Numbered from the stretch's first letter, positions 48,301 through 61,711 are shown. The stretch is 64,000 nucleotides of DNA from Selaginella moellendorffii (GCF_000143415.4 NW_003314377.1:248001-312000); one strand, 5' to 3'. Translations and numbers: made by a program. Notes: generated from the sequence alone by a model not told the origin.

Positions 48301-51300
48301 TGCCGAGTTGCATCTGGAATGCGAGCATACATTTTGCAGCCAAAGACCCTCAAGTGCCCTAACTAAGGACACTTCCCAGTCCAAGCTTGATAAGGAACCA
48401 CACCAGTGCTCCTCGATTACGGATGTAAACAACCATGTTAATGGCTTTACCCCAAAAAGAGTTAGGTATGCTTGCGTGTTGGAGAAGGCAACAAACAGTC
48501 TCTAGCAGCATGCAATTGAGGTGCTCTGCCACGCCGTTCTGTTGGGGAGTATGGGCTGTTGTGTACTGGTGAACAATGCTAGCCTCAACTAAAAAGTTGA
48601 GAAACTCTTTGTTTAGGTACTCTCCACCACCATCCGTGCATAACACACGAATCTTTTGGCCAGTACCCAGCTCTTAAAAAGCTTAAAGTGGTTGAACACT
48701 TCACTCTTGGCATGGAGAAGGCTCACCATAGCATATCTGGAATAGTTATCGATAAAAGACACAAAGTACCTCTTGCGGCTGAGTGTTTCCATGGCAAGTA
48801 GCACATGTCATTGTGAACCAGATCCAATAAGCCTGTAGCTTGGTCCTCCATGGTTCTTGATGGAAAAGGAAGGCGAACTTGCTTCCCAAGATAGCAAGTT
48901 TCACACACGCCTAGATGGCCAGTTGGGAGCATGATGCCTTTAGCATGTTGGTTACGAGCCAAGGCATGTAGATCTCGTTCATTGACATGCCCCAGACAAG
49001 CATGCCAGAGCTCAATGGTGTCTTGTGCTCAGAAAGCAAGCACTTGAGTTGGAAAAACCAGTTCTACATTTAAACAGTAGAGTGTTTCATACCTCACACC
49101 ACTGGCTACAGAAGTACCATCATGACCATAGATGGTGCACCCTTTTGGGAAGAAGGTGGTAGTAAAGCCTTGATCTGAGGCTACACCTATAGAAAGAATT
49201 ATATGCCCTACTTCAAGTACAAAGTGCATGTGATGAACCTCCTTAAAAGGTCCAGTGGATAGCCTGATCACCACCACGCCACGACCTTCCACCTGGAGTG
49301 GTCACTTGTCACCGACATAAACCTGTTGTAGAGCTTGAAGAGCCTTGTAAGTGTGAAAGGCAGACCTTAAGGGAGTCATGTGAAAAGAGGCACCACTATC
49401 CAGCCATAGAACCTCAAGAGCAGACACCAGTGATGGGTAAAGAGCCATCATCAACAACGAGTTGCTCTGGGTAAGCATGTGCTGGGTGGCAGCCTTCTTT
49501 GCATGACACTCATGCCCCATCTTTCCACAATAGTTGCAAAGACCTTTTTTCTTCTTGGAGAAGTTAGATCAAGAGCTGGGAGTTGTAGCAGAAGAGATAC
49601 GAGGCCCACGGCTAGTGCCTCCTTTCCTCTACTCCCCACTCGATTGTTTCTTACCAAGAAACAAGGCCTGCTCGCGAGCAGCCTGAGGGGATCCTTGATG
49701 GCCAACTTGACGCTCAGCAATCTTGTGCTCTTGAGTAGATCAGAGTAGAGCTCCTCCATGGTTTTGCCTGGGACAAAAGAAAGCATGGAGGACAATTGTT
49801 GCAACTCTGGGGATACAGAGTAGAGCAAGAAGGCTTTTGCATAGTCATCGGAAACTACAGCACCTACTTCCTTCAGCTGCTACATTAAACCCTTGAGCTT
49901 CCCAATGTATGTTGCCATTGTCTCACCAGGCTGCATGCATAGGGAGAAAAGTTTCTAGGTCAAAACCAATTTAGCATTAGCAGCTTTGACTACAAAGACT
50001 TGGGAAAGGGAGTCCCAATTGGCCTTGGCGGATTTTTCTAGATCAAGGAGATGAATAAATTCATCTCCAAGACTTAGTCCAATCACGGAAAGGGCTTTGC
50101 GGTTCTTAGAGTCCCAAGTAGCTTGCAAAGCTGCTTCTATATGTTGAGGTCTCACTTCGGTTCCCTCCACCAAATCCCAACAATTTTTTGCCATTAAAAT
50201 TAATTGGACTTTGGTCTTCCAAGTTGTGAAGTTCTCGCCCATGAACTTCTGGAGTAGCTTCTCCCATCCTACATCCCAGTTGCCAGCTAGGATGGCCATG
50301 GTGCTCGCTAGGAGATGTAGTGCGAGGTGGAGTACTGGCAGCCATTAGTTTCTAGAAGAAAGGACAAAACAGCAAAGTAAGCTAGAAGCGAGGGGGGGGG
50401 GGGGGGGTGGGTGGGGGCCGGGAAAAAGCGGTGGGAAACCCTAAAATGCCATACGCCATGCACATAGAGTGACAATTAGGGCAGAGGCACGGATGGACAT
50501 CATGTTGTGCTTGCTTGCGTTCTTGAATCTGTCGTTCCACCCTAGCAAGGACTACAAAATCCCTAGCGCGCTCCTACTCGTTGCGTTGCTGTGTTTGCCA
50601 GTGTTTCGCCATCAGGATCGAAACAAACCCAATACCATGTAGATGTGTGATTTTGTGTATGCAGAATGCTCTGTCGACTTCATTGCTTTGGTATGGTTAT
50701 GTACATAACAGTATGGGTGTGACTCTTGGTGGTTGGTGTCTTGGATGAATGACATGTCTTTTTTGCTGATGTGGAGACTTGTCATCACTTGTCTCCACAG
50801 TACAAAGGCCAAAGGATCAGCAACGGTTCTTGTGGCTGCATTGTTTGAGCAACTAAGCTAGTCGGATTTGATGTTTGAGGCTGAGTCGGGTCATATGTTT
50901 CAGATACTGTATGCAGCAAACTTGGGAGACTCGGGGTTCATCATAGTTCGCAATTGGCAAGTAGTTGCAAGCTCGGAGCCCATGCAGCATAGTTTTAACT
51001 TTCCATTTCAAGTTGGAACTTTTGGTGACCATCCGATGGTTGCAGAGGTACTCTTGCTTTTCCCTTAAGTTCGCTAATTTTCTGTCTACAGGAATTCAAG
51101 ATCCCTGTCTGCAAGGGGGACATCATTGTTTTGGGAAGTGATGGCCTTTTTGACAATCTCTTCAACGACGACATAATCAAAGTTCTTAAAAAATCTCTTG
51201 GGTCCGACAAAGTCAACTTGAAGGTGAACTCTCGCTGTTGAAGAATCTCAAGATTGCTAATATTCTCTTCACTTTACAGGCATGTAGCTGGGGCGCAGGC

Positions 51301-51330
51301 CGAGCGTTTGGACAGCCCGTTTGCTAGGGC
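45359..51330 (+). pseudogene. PP2C pseudogene copy 4
   Basis: 5'-truncated; exon 5 interrupted by Copia; 3' end deleted. Confidence 0.9.
46013..50799 (-). mobile_element. Degenerate full-length Ty1/copia element
   Basis: LTRs 50638-50799 (162 bp) and 46013-46167 (7 bp lost; 11 mismatches); gag, protease WLDSGAS, integrase, RT and RNase H in order on minus with many stops; left TSD lost by a small deletion. Confidence 0.93.
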
Positions 51331-51575
51331 AGCAGCTGTCTTTTGTGCAGGACTTTGAAAAACTGCTCGTAGAGTGTTCTGGCTTGGAAGCTAACGAGTC
51401 TTGTTTCGACATTGGCACACGCAAAGGACTTGACTGTTTACCAAGCCCGGTGAAGAACTTTTTCTGTGAATATAAAACACTGGAGGCCCATTGGATCCAA
51501 TCGTATCGGAGCAAGCACAGCTCTTGGTTCTTATACAACGATATCATCACTACGTTTAGTGCTTTTGTGGCTGGA

Positions 51576-51821
51576 ATGGATCGTGGAAGGATGCTTCTTG
51601 CCATCGCATTGGTGATCATGATCAGCGGCAACATCTAATGTTCCAGGCCGGGCTCGTTTTCGGTGATGAGTCAGCAGGCCGAGCTTTTCAATTCCGAATT
51701 GCGCCTTCCTGTTGTTAACAAGATCCACACTCTTCTCGAAAGGACCTCCCGGAGAATGCTCATCCAGGGTCAGCCCACGCCACCCTCCGGCCCTTCCGAG
51801 GACAACCACCATCATGATTGA
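51576..51821 (+). pseudogene. SGPS peptide precursor copy 4, nonsense allele
   Basis: GAA changed to TAA at 51636-51638; downstream frame still reads ..LIQGQPTPPSGPSEDNHHHD*. Confidence 0.68.
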
Positions 51822-53684
51822 AGAGGCGGATAGCCACGTGGCTGACACGTCACGCAAGAAGACACGTCAGGCTCTTTCCATCTGGCGGCGAATTCTCCTC
51901 CAAATCCTCCACCTCCACTTCTTTTCCCATTCTTCCGCACCTCCGCTCCCTCCCATTACAGTCACACACCCAGCATGCGTCCAGGAGGCGCTTGTCTCAC
52001 CAAGGTGAGGGGAATGATAAAGGCAACTTTCCATTTTTCCCTGTCAACTTCAAGAGACTTGAGAGCCGCTTGGAATTCCCAGAAGTTCAAAGTCTCCACA
52101 AGACTTTCAGGGATGTCGTGTACAGCTGCGAGCAATCAGCCGTGGTGGTGGCTTGCCCTTGTTCTGGCGAGAAGATCTGCAAAGAGGAGCGGCTGCAGTG
52201 AGTCTTGAAGATTCGCAGGTCGTTCGGATTGGGCATTGGGCAGCACTGTCAAAGGCAGATTTTCTCCCACTTGACGTGATGGAGTCTCATTGGAATGCAC
52301 GTTTGGTGAGATGATCAGCGCCTTGGAGACAGGATTGTAGACCTTGTAAGCCTTGTGTTCAATGCCATAGCCTAGGAAAGTGCCTCGTTCGCTTGTTGGA
52401 GTGTGTTTTTTTTCTAGTTATAGAGGGGATATGGACGCCATGGAAGGTGCGCTAATCCATTCGAATTCCACTTTGTGCAGGAACCCTTGACAATCCTGGA
52501 CCTCAACATTGACTTAAACGCGTCTTTTGGTACTTCCGAGATACGTTTTCTTGCGGTCTTAAGGCCACGAGTCAAGCTTACTGGGCTGGCTTTGGCTAAA
52601 TTGTTTAGCCTTCACAATGCAGTTAGCAGCAAGAAGAAGAGCGTCGTTGCCTGCTCCAGCTGTGAGGCGGAGGCTAGTTCCGCATGCAAAGAGGCCATCT
52701 GGCTTCGCCGCCTCCTCAACGACACCCGGCCCAACACCAATCTACTGTGACAATCAAGGCTACATCGCCTCGAGCAAACATCACAAGATTAATTCCCGGA
52801 CGAAACACGCACCACGCTGGGAGACACGTCCGGTTCTTTCCATGTTCTTGTGATTCCAATCTCGATAATGCAATCTTAATTGAACATCACAACAGCCTGG
52901 AAATTGAGTCCGCTGCTTCATCCCACCAAACAATCTGATCTCGTGCACAGCATGAAACGAACATTCTCTGTGCCTCTCCTGATAGAGCCATACAGAACCT
53001 TCTCATGTCCAGCCAGCCACTCGATTATTATTTGCAGCACACTCAAATACATTCTTGAAATCCTCGCAAAGTAGGCTAAATGAGTCTGCTTGAGGGTTAG
53101 AGAGGGCTTAAGTGAGTTGGCAAGGTTTTTCCCTTGAACATTGTAAGATCATGGACCTCACTTCATTACAGTGTCACCTTTAACTCATTGTAACGCCGCA
53201 TAAAGGGCTTACTGCGTTTGCTCATTGTGGCGAGGGCGAGAAAGTCCTCGATGGAGCGTGGAAGGTGATAGCGCCTACATCAGCTCCGTGAATCGCAACA
53301 AGGATTTCTTTCTTCTTGTGACAGGGGATTTTAGGATCGCGCCAGGCAGGGATCACTTCGTCTGCATGATCGATATCTTCGGCCGTGGCAGGGAGAATGC
53401 CGAGGAATTGCTGTGTGCCATGCCATTTGTGCCAGATGCTCTGGTTTGTAGGGTTTTGGTGGCATCTTGCCGATCGCATTACGATACGTTTCGGGCATTG
53501 GATCGACGTATAAGCTGGCAAATCGCTCCAAGAGCATGTTTAAAATGGAAATTGGCGGGAAAGCGATGTGTTTGTTTTTTTATTCTATCTAGCTGCCACT
53601 ATCGAAAGGTGGAAAAAGAATTTATATATATATGTAACTTCTTTCCATGCAGTCAAGTCAGCCTCCCAACCTTTGGAGAAACTT

Positions 53685-54350
53685 TCAAGTCATGCCGATG
53701 AGCTCTCTCAACTTCTGGATGAGACCACTGTCGTCAATCTGGAACGCTTTCGCGATCACGTTGTCGTTGATTGGAGGATTGGAATCAAACACCGCCTTGG
53801 CCACCTGAGTCGCCCCGGGGTTTTGGCTGTTAAAGCCAGCCATCGCAACTGCAGGCTCCTTTCCAACGTTGAGCTGGAAGTGGATGAGTCCCCGAGGGAA
53901 GACGAACAGATCTCCAGGATAGAGCATTTGGGCGAAGAGCTTGTTGTCCGGCAAGGTGGTGACGAATCCGACTAAGAGGTTCCCGTGCACGAGGAAGAGC
54001 AGCTCGGATCCTCGGGGATGGACGTGGGGGGGATTGGTGCCGCCGGGAGCATAGTCGACGCGCGCAAAAGCTACACCAAAGGTGTTGAGACCGGGGAAAT
54101 TGTTGACACTCGCCAGCGTGACGTTGGAGCCGAGCTTGTTGTCGGTGTTCCCGGGAGTCGCCAGCAGGCTCGACTTGAAGTCCTCGGCTTTCACATCGGC
54201 GGCCGCCTTGCAGACGACGCCGTTCACTTTGATCTTGGAGCCATTGTCTGCAACGCAAAAGTCCTGCAGCATATCTTCATCCGCGGCATGCACAAACAAG
54301 ATGGAGCTGATTGCTAGGAGGAAGGATAGAACAAAACGAAGATGAGCCAT
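53685..54350 (-). CDS. Germin-like protein copy 4
   Basis: Intact; germin boxes A, B and C present. Confidence 0.97.
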   Translation of the reverse strand: MAHLRFVLSFLLAISSILFVHAADEDMLQDFCVADNGSKIKVNGVVCKAAADVKAEDFKSSLLATPGNTDNKLGSNVTLASVNNFPGLNTFGVAFARVDYAPGGTNPPHVHPRGSELLFLVHGNLLVGFVTTLPDNKLFAQMLYPGDLFVFPRGLIHFQLNVGKEPAVAMAGFNSQNPGATQVAKAVFDSNPPINDNVIAKAFQIDDSGLIQKLRELIGMT

Positions 54351-55794
54351 CTTGCGAGCTTGGAAAAGACTGATGGAGCTATATGAGGGAGGGGCAGGCA
54401 TTTTATAGCCGGAGGAGGGGAGGCGAGGTCCTTTGGATGACTTCGTCGTGAATCGTGCACGATTTTAGGTACACGGTCTTCTCTTCCCTTCTATTTCATT
54501 TTTTACTCTTGCTGTCCGCGTAACACAATCTGATTTGTTTGCTGCCAAGTCGTCTCGGAAGTTTTCTTTTACCGGGCTTGTCTAGAGCCGTCAAAATCAT
54601 CTTTTCTGTGTGTAGATGATGACGACCTTGGTTTTGATGGTAGGAACCGGTCTCAGTGAAACTCGAGTTTTACACAGTCTTGGTAAAAGCTTGACACTAA
54701 ATTGCTTTATTCTTCTTGGCACCAGAGACTTGTTTTAACGGAATTATTATGGATTGTAGGTCTATCGACCAAAGGTACGTTTATGTAGGTTATCAATTTG
54801 CAGTGTCGTAGAAGGATAGTTGCTCACATAGTCATGAGACATACATAGTCTTAGTCATTGTGATTATTGCTTGCATCATTGTCATGGGCAAAATAGAATG
54901 TTTATTGCTGCCACTTTATTAATCAATTTAATGTAATAAACTTATAATATTAAAAGTTTTATAATTTATCCCACCATTGCAATCTAGGAAAGCATCCAGT
55001 TGGGGTGGTGTGAGTGAACTGGTGAGTGAACTGAGAAATACTCCTGTGCTGCTGTGTGAGCATGTCAATCAGTCAGCTGACCTCAGTATTAGTGGTTGTG
55101 GCAGTGCATTCTAAAGCTCCTGGACTTGTTGGGCAAAGTTGGGCACCCATGCTAGCATGACTCAATTGTGACCACAGTGAGTTCTGGTTGTTGATAGGAA
55201 TGTTGTAAGTAGCATATGCATCTTAGTTATATATGAAGCAGTCAAGAACTCTTAGAATTCTCTGCTATTGCAAAAAAACAAGGAAAAAATATTAATGGCT
55301 ACTCTACTTTAACTTTCACTTACCATTTTATCAAGGAAAAACCTAAACAATACACCACATTATTAAAGAATAGTTTGGCTGACCAAGATGTAATCGTTTG
55401 TACTACTCCTGTTCCATCTATGGTGCCCAATTGTGTAGTGCTGTTAATAATGTAGAGTTGAGAGGCATTATTAGTCATGTGGATGTCCTCTGCTGCTGCC
55501 TGGTTCCAGGAGCCCTTCCGCTGTTGTGAGTTGAGCCTGCAAAGTCCATTGCAATATTAAAAACGTTTAATTGCCCAGCCAGCCTCACTGGTTTGATCGG
55601 TCAGTGTATAGTTTTATCTTAAGAGTAACATTCCACAAACTAGAGAGTAGAATTTAGCTGCTCAACCAAAGTCCCACCCATATCCATAACCCATGCCTTG
55701 TCCACCAGTGGAATCAACTCTCTGCGAGGAAAGAAAATAAGATCCAAGCACTAATCATGCATGCCTCACAACGAGCAACGTCCTCTCCTTTAAG

Positions 55795-57003
55795 TACGCG
55801 AGGTAAGAATGTAGCTTGGAATTTTTGGTGAGGTGTTGCTGATCTCTCTATCTCTTGAAGCGCCCGAAGAGACAACGCATGCTACTTTCGATGAATCGGC
55901 TGTTTCCCTCCCACAACCGGCCAAGACACACAACTCGGCTTGCAAAAATGGCGAAGAGGTTTGCAAATTTTTTTTTTTCCTTCTCTATATACTGAAGTCT
56001 CAATCTTGCAGGCTGAAACGGATTCTACCAGCCGGTGAGCTTGTTTACTTTTCGCGTGGCTATTGGTGAAATTCATCGTGTTCTTGCTTTTAAGGTTGCT
56101 TCGACTCGACTATACTGCCGCGATGCGTCCCCATCCTGAGAAGGTGCAAAGCTTACTTGCTAATTTTTGTAGATCTTCTAAGCTTTGCTGTTGACAGGCT
56201 CAAAGAGGGGGTGAAGATGCTTTCTTCACTGAAGGCTCCTGGATGGGTGTTGCTGATGGTGTTGGGGGCTGGGCCGGAGAAGGTAAGACAAATCTTTCTT
56301 TGAGTCTGTTTTTTCAAAAGAGTTTTTACTGGTTTTCAGGCATTGATTCGGGGATGTATTCTCGGGAGCTTATGGGACATTGTAAGGCATTGGTTGTAAA
56401 CAGCAAAGGGAAACCGGACCCCAAGGACGTGCTTGTCAAAGCCGCCGGCAGTACAAAGGCCCAGGGATCAGCAACGGTCCTTGTGGCTGCATTGTTTGAG
56501 CAAGTAAGCTAGTCGGATTTGATGTTTGAGGCTGAGTCGGGTCATATATTTCAGACACTGTACGCAGCAAACTTGGGAGACTCGGGGTTCATCATAGTTC
56601 GCAATTGGCAAGTAGTTGCAAGCTCGGAGCCCATGCAGCATAGTTTTAACTTTCCGTTTCAAGTTGGAAATTTTGGTGACCATCCGACGGTTGCAGAGGT
56701 ACTCTTTCTTTTCCCTTAACTTCGCTAATTTTCCGTCTACAGGAATTCAAGATCCAAGGGGGACATCATTGTTTTGGGAACTGATGGCCTTTTTGACAAT
56801 CTCTTCAACAACGACATAATCGACGTTCTTAAAAACTCTCTTGGGTCCGACCAAGTCAACTTGAAGGTGAACTCTCGTTGTTGAATCTCAAGATTGCTAA
56901 TATTCTCTTCACTTTACAGGCATGTAGCTGGGGCGCAGGCCGAGCGTTGGGACAATTGGAGCGGTGGAAAGCTAGAACGGCAGTTGTTGCGTTTGTGACG
57001 TGA
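55795..57003 (+). pseudogene. PP2C pseudogene copy 5
   Basis: 5'-truncated; frameshifting deletions in exons 2, 7 and 8. Confidence 0.9.
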
Positions 57004-58005
57004 TATTTGAGTCGCGAAGGGTAAACTTTTTCAAGCAGTTTTTGCGGAGGCCAGTATATAGGCCGCGGTATTTCCGGTTTGTACGCTAATTGAGCACCCT
57101 TTTGATTGGCTCATCTTCGTGTCTTTGGTGTCCAGCCTTCATTAGAAACTGGTTTAAATCGCAGGTAGCTGCTGCTGAATCTTCCTTTAAGAAATCAAGG
57201 TTTTGTTCCATCAGAAGGTTCACAGCCTGGAAGTTCTAGCCTCACTGGAGATGGAACTCCGGACAGGACAGATATCTCTTCTGTTTAGAGGGAACTGCTC
57301 AGGGTGTTAGACATGTCAGGGAATCAGTTCAGCTGGACGATCACGAGCCGGCAACATGATCTCTGGCTCGTCCTTCTCGGGGGTACATGGAGCTGCTAGG
57401 CCTTTGGCGCGATGGGATCTTTCGCGACTGCGTGGCTCTCCACCCCCGTCCAAAAGCAAACTCCGGAATGTCATGCTCGGCTCTACATCTCTCAGCCATC
57501 CAAGTGGGTGTGCGGGCTTGGAAGTGCTCGAACAACGTTTCGGAAGAGCTGTGTGGGCCGTATCTTGTCTCTCAGCTTGGGCAGACTCTTTGAGTTTGCT
57601 CGGATCTCTCGGTGAACCGGTTGGAGGGGCTGGTTCTGAAGGACTAAGTGGTGGAAACCCTGCTACGGTCGGATAGCAACAAAGAGCTCACGGAGAACAG
57701 CTTGAAGGACAGCTCCAGGCGAGCTCGTGTGGAGGATCCTTGGTACCGCTCTCGTCCCAGTACCGTGAGACTCCACCAGAAAGATGGTGAGCGACGAAGC
57801 CAATTGGCTGGAGCCGTGACTTCCTTCTTCGTCTCGAGTATTTGGTCGCGTGTCCCGTCCACATGGTAAGCCACGGAATTGTTTCTTAGTTGCTCAAATC
57901 TTAATTCTTTCTGATCTCCAGGTTGGTAATCACCAACTAAGAGGAATTTCTTGCATTGAGGTGGAGTTCGGTAGGCGACGAAGAAAAACTTTCCAGGATC
58001 GGAGG

Positions 58006-59296
58006 ATGAAAACTTACAGCCCGAGCTTGCTGTTCTTCGTGCTCCTCTTCTCCGCCGCGGCACTGCTACTCATATGGGTTCTCGACATAAATTCCGACTC
58101 CGCGATGATGTCCCGGAGCCGAACTATGGGATCAAACTTCCGCATCAGCAACAACACCACAAGCTACAACGGCAGGGACACTTGCAGGAGTAGGAAGGAG
58201 TACGACTTCTACAGCCGCCGAAGATCGACGAGCTTCGAGCCATCCGAGTCGCTCCAACGGAAAATCCTAGAGTACGAGGCTTTGTACGGGAGGTGCGCTC
58301 CGGGGTCCGAGCAGTGCGCGAACTGTAGTACATGCGGCTACCTCGTCTACGTTCCCGCCAGCCAGGGGATCGGCAACAAGGTGGTGGCTATAGTAGCAGC
58401 GTTTCTCTACCCGCTGCTCACCGACAGGACGATGCTGATCTCGAGGTTGGAGAACCTGGACACGCTCTTCTGCGAGCCGTTTCCATCCAGCTCCTGGCTG
58501 CTGCCGTCGAGCTGGAAGCACCTCGAGTTGGCGCCGTGGGACGCCTCCAAGTGGATTGGGAGCCTGGCGGGTTCGCCAACTGCAGCCGCGGCGTCGACGT
58601 GAGCTTCCCCGAGGTGGTGGTGGCCTAGGACAAGGCCTTCTTCTGCCAAGACCACAGCAGGAGGCCATGTTCCATCTCCTGGTGTGTTGCTTCCCAGTGA
58701 CTTCGTGTGGGACAAGGCGGCCAGGTACTACGACGCGTACCTGGCCCAGGCCGAGCTTCTAGTCGGGGTCCAGCTGCGAAACCACATCTGCCCAACCTCG
58801 CCGAGGATACGTTCGACTGCCTGGTGCAACAAGGCGCGCTCGCAAACACCGCCCAGGAGCGAGCTCCCAGATCGTCGGTGAGGAAGAACAGCAAGAAGGT
58901 GGCGGTACTGGTGGTGTCGCTCAACTCGCAGTACTCGGAGACGCTCAACAGCAAGGTACTGGGATACGATCTAGCGGACGGCTCCTCGGTGTCCATCCAC
59001 CAGCCGAGTGTGGAGGGCGTGCAAAACACAGGGAACTTGGATCAGCACAGGCGGTGATGGAGATCTACTTGCTGTTGATGAGCGATGTCCTGGTGACGAG
59101 CCCGCCATCCACGTTTGGCTACTCGGCGGCGGGGCTGGCGGGCGTGCGGCCCGTGCAGTTCGTGTGCGACCAGAACAAGAGCGTGGTTTGCTCGGTGAGG
59201 GAGACGATGGAGCCGTGCTACCACGTTTATCCGGCTCAGTTCGCGCTGGGCAACATTGAAAAGTGCGAATGCGGCGTGGGTTTCAGACTAGTCTAA
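58006..59296 (+). pseudogene. GT37 fucosyltransferase pseudogene copy 5
   Basis: Frameshift at about 58577 and multiple deletions. Confidence 0.9.
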
Positions 59297-59758
59297 AGGA
59301 CGTTCTTAGAAAGGATGTTGTCTTAGAAAGTTCTTAAAGCTTTTAAGATTTTATTTTCTTTCTCGTGATAAGTTGCTCCTTGGGTGCATCGCGTCTTTTG
59401 TAGATTTGCGTGGTCAGCTAGCTCATGCTCTTAGCCCACGCAAAGTTGCGCATAAGCTGCCTTGAAATCCCACATACACGGAAAAAGTAATTTGGTGCCA
59501 GACTTCAAATGGCGAACTGTCTTTTTGTCCAGGACTTTGAAAAGCTGCTCGTATAGGTGTTCTGGCTTGGAAGCTAACGAGTCTTGTTTTGACAGATGGC
59601 ACGCGCAAAGGACTTGACTGTTTAGCAAGCCCGGTGGAGAACTTTTGTGTGAATATAAAACACTGGAGGCCCATTGGATCCAATCGTATCGGAGCAAGCA
59701 CAGCTCTTGGTTCTTATACAACGATATCATCACTATGTTTAGTGCTTTTGTGGCTGGA

Positions 59759-60001
59759 ATGGATCGTGGAAAGATACTTCTTGCCATCGCATTGGTGATC
59801 ATGATCAGCGGCAACATCGAATGTTGCAGGCCGCGCTCGTTTTCGGTGATGAGCCGGCAGGCCGAGCTTTTCAATTCCGAATTGCGCCTTCCTGTTGTTA
59901 ACAAGATCCACACTCTTCTCGAAAGAACCTCCCGGAGAATGGTCATCCAGGGTCAGCCCACGCCAGCTCCCGGGCCTTCCGGGTGCTGCCACGATAATTG
60001 A
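59759..60001 (+). CDS. Small secreted peptide precursor copy 5 (80 aa)
   Basis: Ends RRMVIQGQPTPAPGPSGCCHDN. Confidence 0.68.
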   Translation: MDRGKILLAIALVIMISGNIECCRPRSFSVMSRQAELFNSELRLPVVNKIHTLLERTSRRMVIQGQPTPAPGPSGCCHDN

Positions 60002-61032
60002 AGAGGCGGACAGCCATGTGGCTGACACCTCACGCTTCGAGACACGTCAGGCTCTTTTCATCTAAATCCTCCACCTTCCCCACCTCCGCTCCCTCCCATT
60101 ACAGTCACACATCAATTTACCCAGCTTGCGTCCATGAGGCGGTTGTCTCACCAAGGTGAAGGGAAATGATAAAGGCAACTTTCCATTTTTCCTTGGCTTG
60201 AGAGCTGCGTGGAATTCCCAGAAGTTCCAGTCCAGCAAGTAAAGTCTCCACAAGACTTTCAGGGATGTCTTGTACAGCTGCGAGCAATCAGCCGTGGTGG
60301 TGGCTTGCCCTTGTTCTGGCGAGAAGATCTGCAAAGAGGAGCGGCTGCAGTGAGTCTTGAAGATTCGCAGGTCGTTCGGATTGGGCATTGGGCAGCACTG
60401 GCAAAGGCAGATTTTCTCCCACTTGACTGATGGAGTCTCATTGAAATGCACGTCTGTTGCGATGATCAGCGCCTTTGAGACAGGATTGTAGACCTTGTAA
60501 GCCTTGTGTTCAATGCTATAACCTAGAAACATGCCTCGTTCGCTTGTTGGAGTGAGTTTTTTTCTAGTTTTAGAGGGGATATCAACGCCTTGGAAGGTGC
60601 GGTAATCCATTCGAATTCCACTTTTTGCAAGAACCCTTGACAATCCTGGACCTCAACATTGGCATGTCTATGTTTCCTTACAGTCTTAAGGCCAAGAGTC
60701 AAGCTTACTGGGCTGGCTTTGGCTATATTGTTTAGCCTTCACAATGCAGTTGGCAGCAAGAAGCAGAGCGTCGTTGCCTGCTCCAGCTGTGAGGCGGAGG
60801 CTAGTTCCGCATGCAAAGAGGCCATCTGGCTTCGCCGCCTCCTCAACGACACCCGGCCCAACACCAATCTACAGTGACAATCAAGGCTACATCGCCTCGA
60901 GCAAACATCACAAGATTAATTCCCGGACCAAACACGCACCACGCTGGGAGACACGTCCGGTTCTTTCCATGTTCTTGTGATTCTAATCTCGATAATGCAA
61001 TCTTAATTGAACATCACCACAGCCTGGAAATC

Positions 61033-61711
61033 ACTGCTCATCAGGATTAAGTTGAGCGTGTCCTGGAGTGTTGAGATTGAGAGGGCTGTCGTTTGGCCAT
61101 ACGAGTAGAATCTGTGTGATCCATATACCTGAGATTGATCGATGAGAATCGAGGATAGAACAGAAGGAGAGCTTACCACTCCCAGTACGACGCCGTTGAA
61201 AGCAGTGTGAAACTCAAAGCTTGGTGTCTTGTATTCTGGCCTTGGATACGCGAAGAGAACGAGAAATGACATGCTTGTCCAGAACGGAAGAACTGCAAAA
61301 AGAGTGTCTTTTGTTCGTCGTATCATCTAACTGGATTTTGGCAGCATACCGTTTTCACCCTCCGTGACAAATTGGTCGATATGATCGTCAACGCAGCACC
61401 AAAACATCAATAGGCACAAGCCAATGGGAATCCCCGCATAGACATCGATGGGCGTGTGCATGCCCAAGTAAAGTCTCCCTGGAAAAAGCAAGGAACACGT
61501 TACACCACGCTGAGCAAAGACAACTTGGCCGTTCTTACCGTAAGCAACAAGAACAATCACGAGGCAGATGATTCCCAACACAAGCCACCACACGCGAGAA
61601 TCGCTTGGAAACTGCTGGTGGTTCATGAAGTAATTAAAGAGATACCTGGAGAAAGACAAACAAAGAACAAAGTAAGACAATGGAATGGATCACCTCGGCA
61701 CGCGAATACCG
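61033..61711 (-). pseudogene. Captured internal fragment (with introns) of lipid phosphate phosphatase delta / sphingoid-base phosphate phosphatase
   Basis: PAP2 motif GRLYLGMHTPIDVYAG and FAYPRPEYKTPSFEFHTAFNGV; present only in copy 5; replaces about 20 bp of cassette. Confidence 0.8.

Larger units (their letters stand above)
45359..55794. repeat. Tandem cassette copy 4 (4.8-kb Copia; about 2.8-kb deletion removes FUT)
   Basis: Junction TTTAAG|TACACGAGGTAAG; at about 51330 the last PP2C exon joins directly to the peptide promoter region. Confidence 0.92.
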
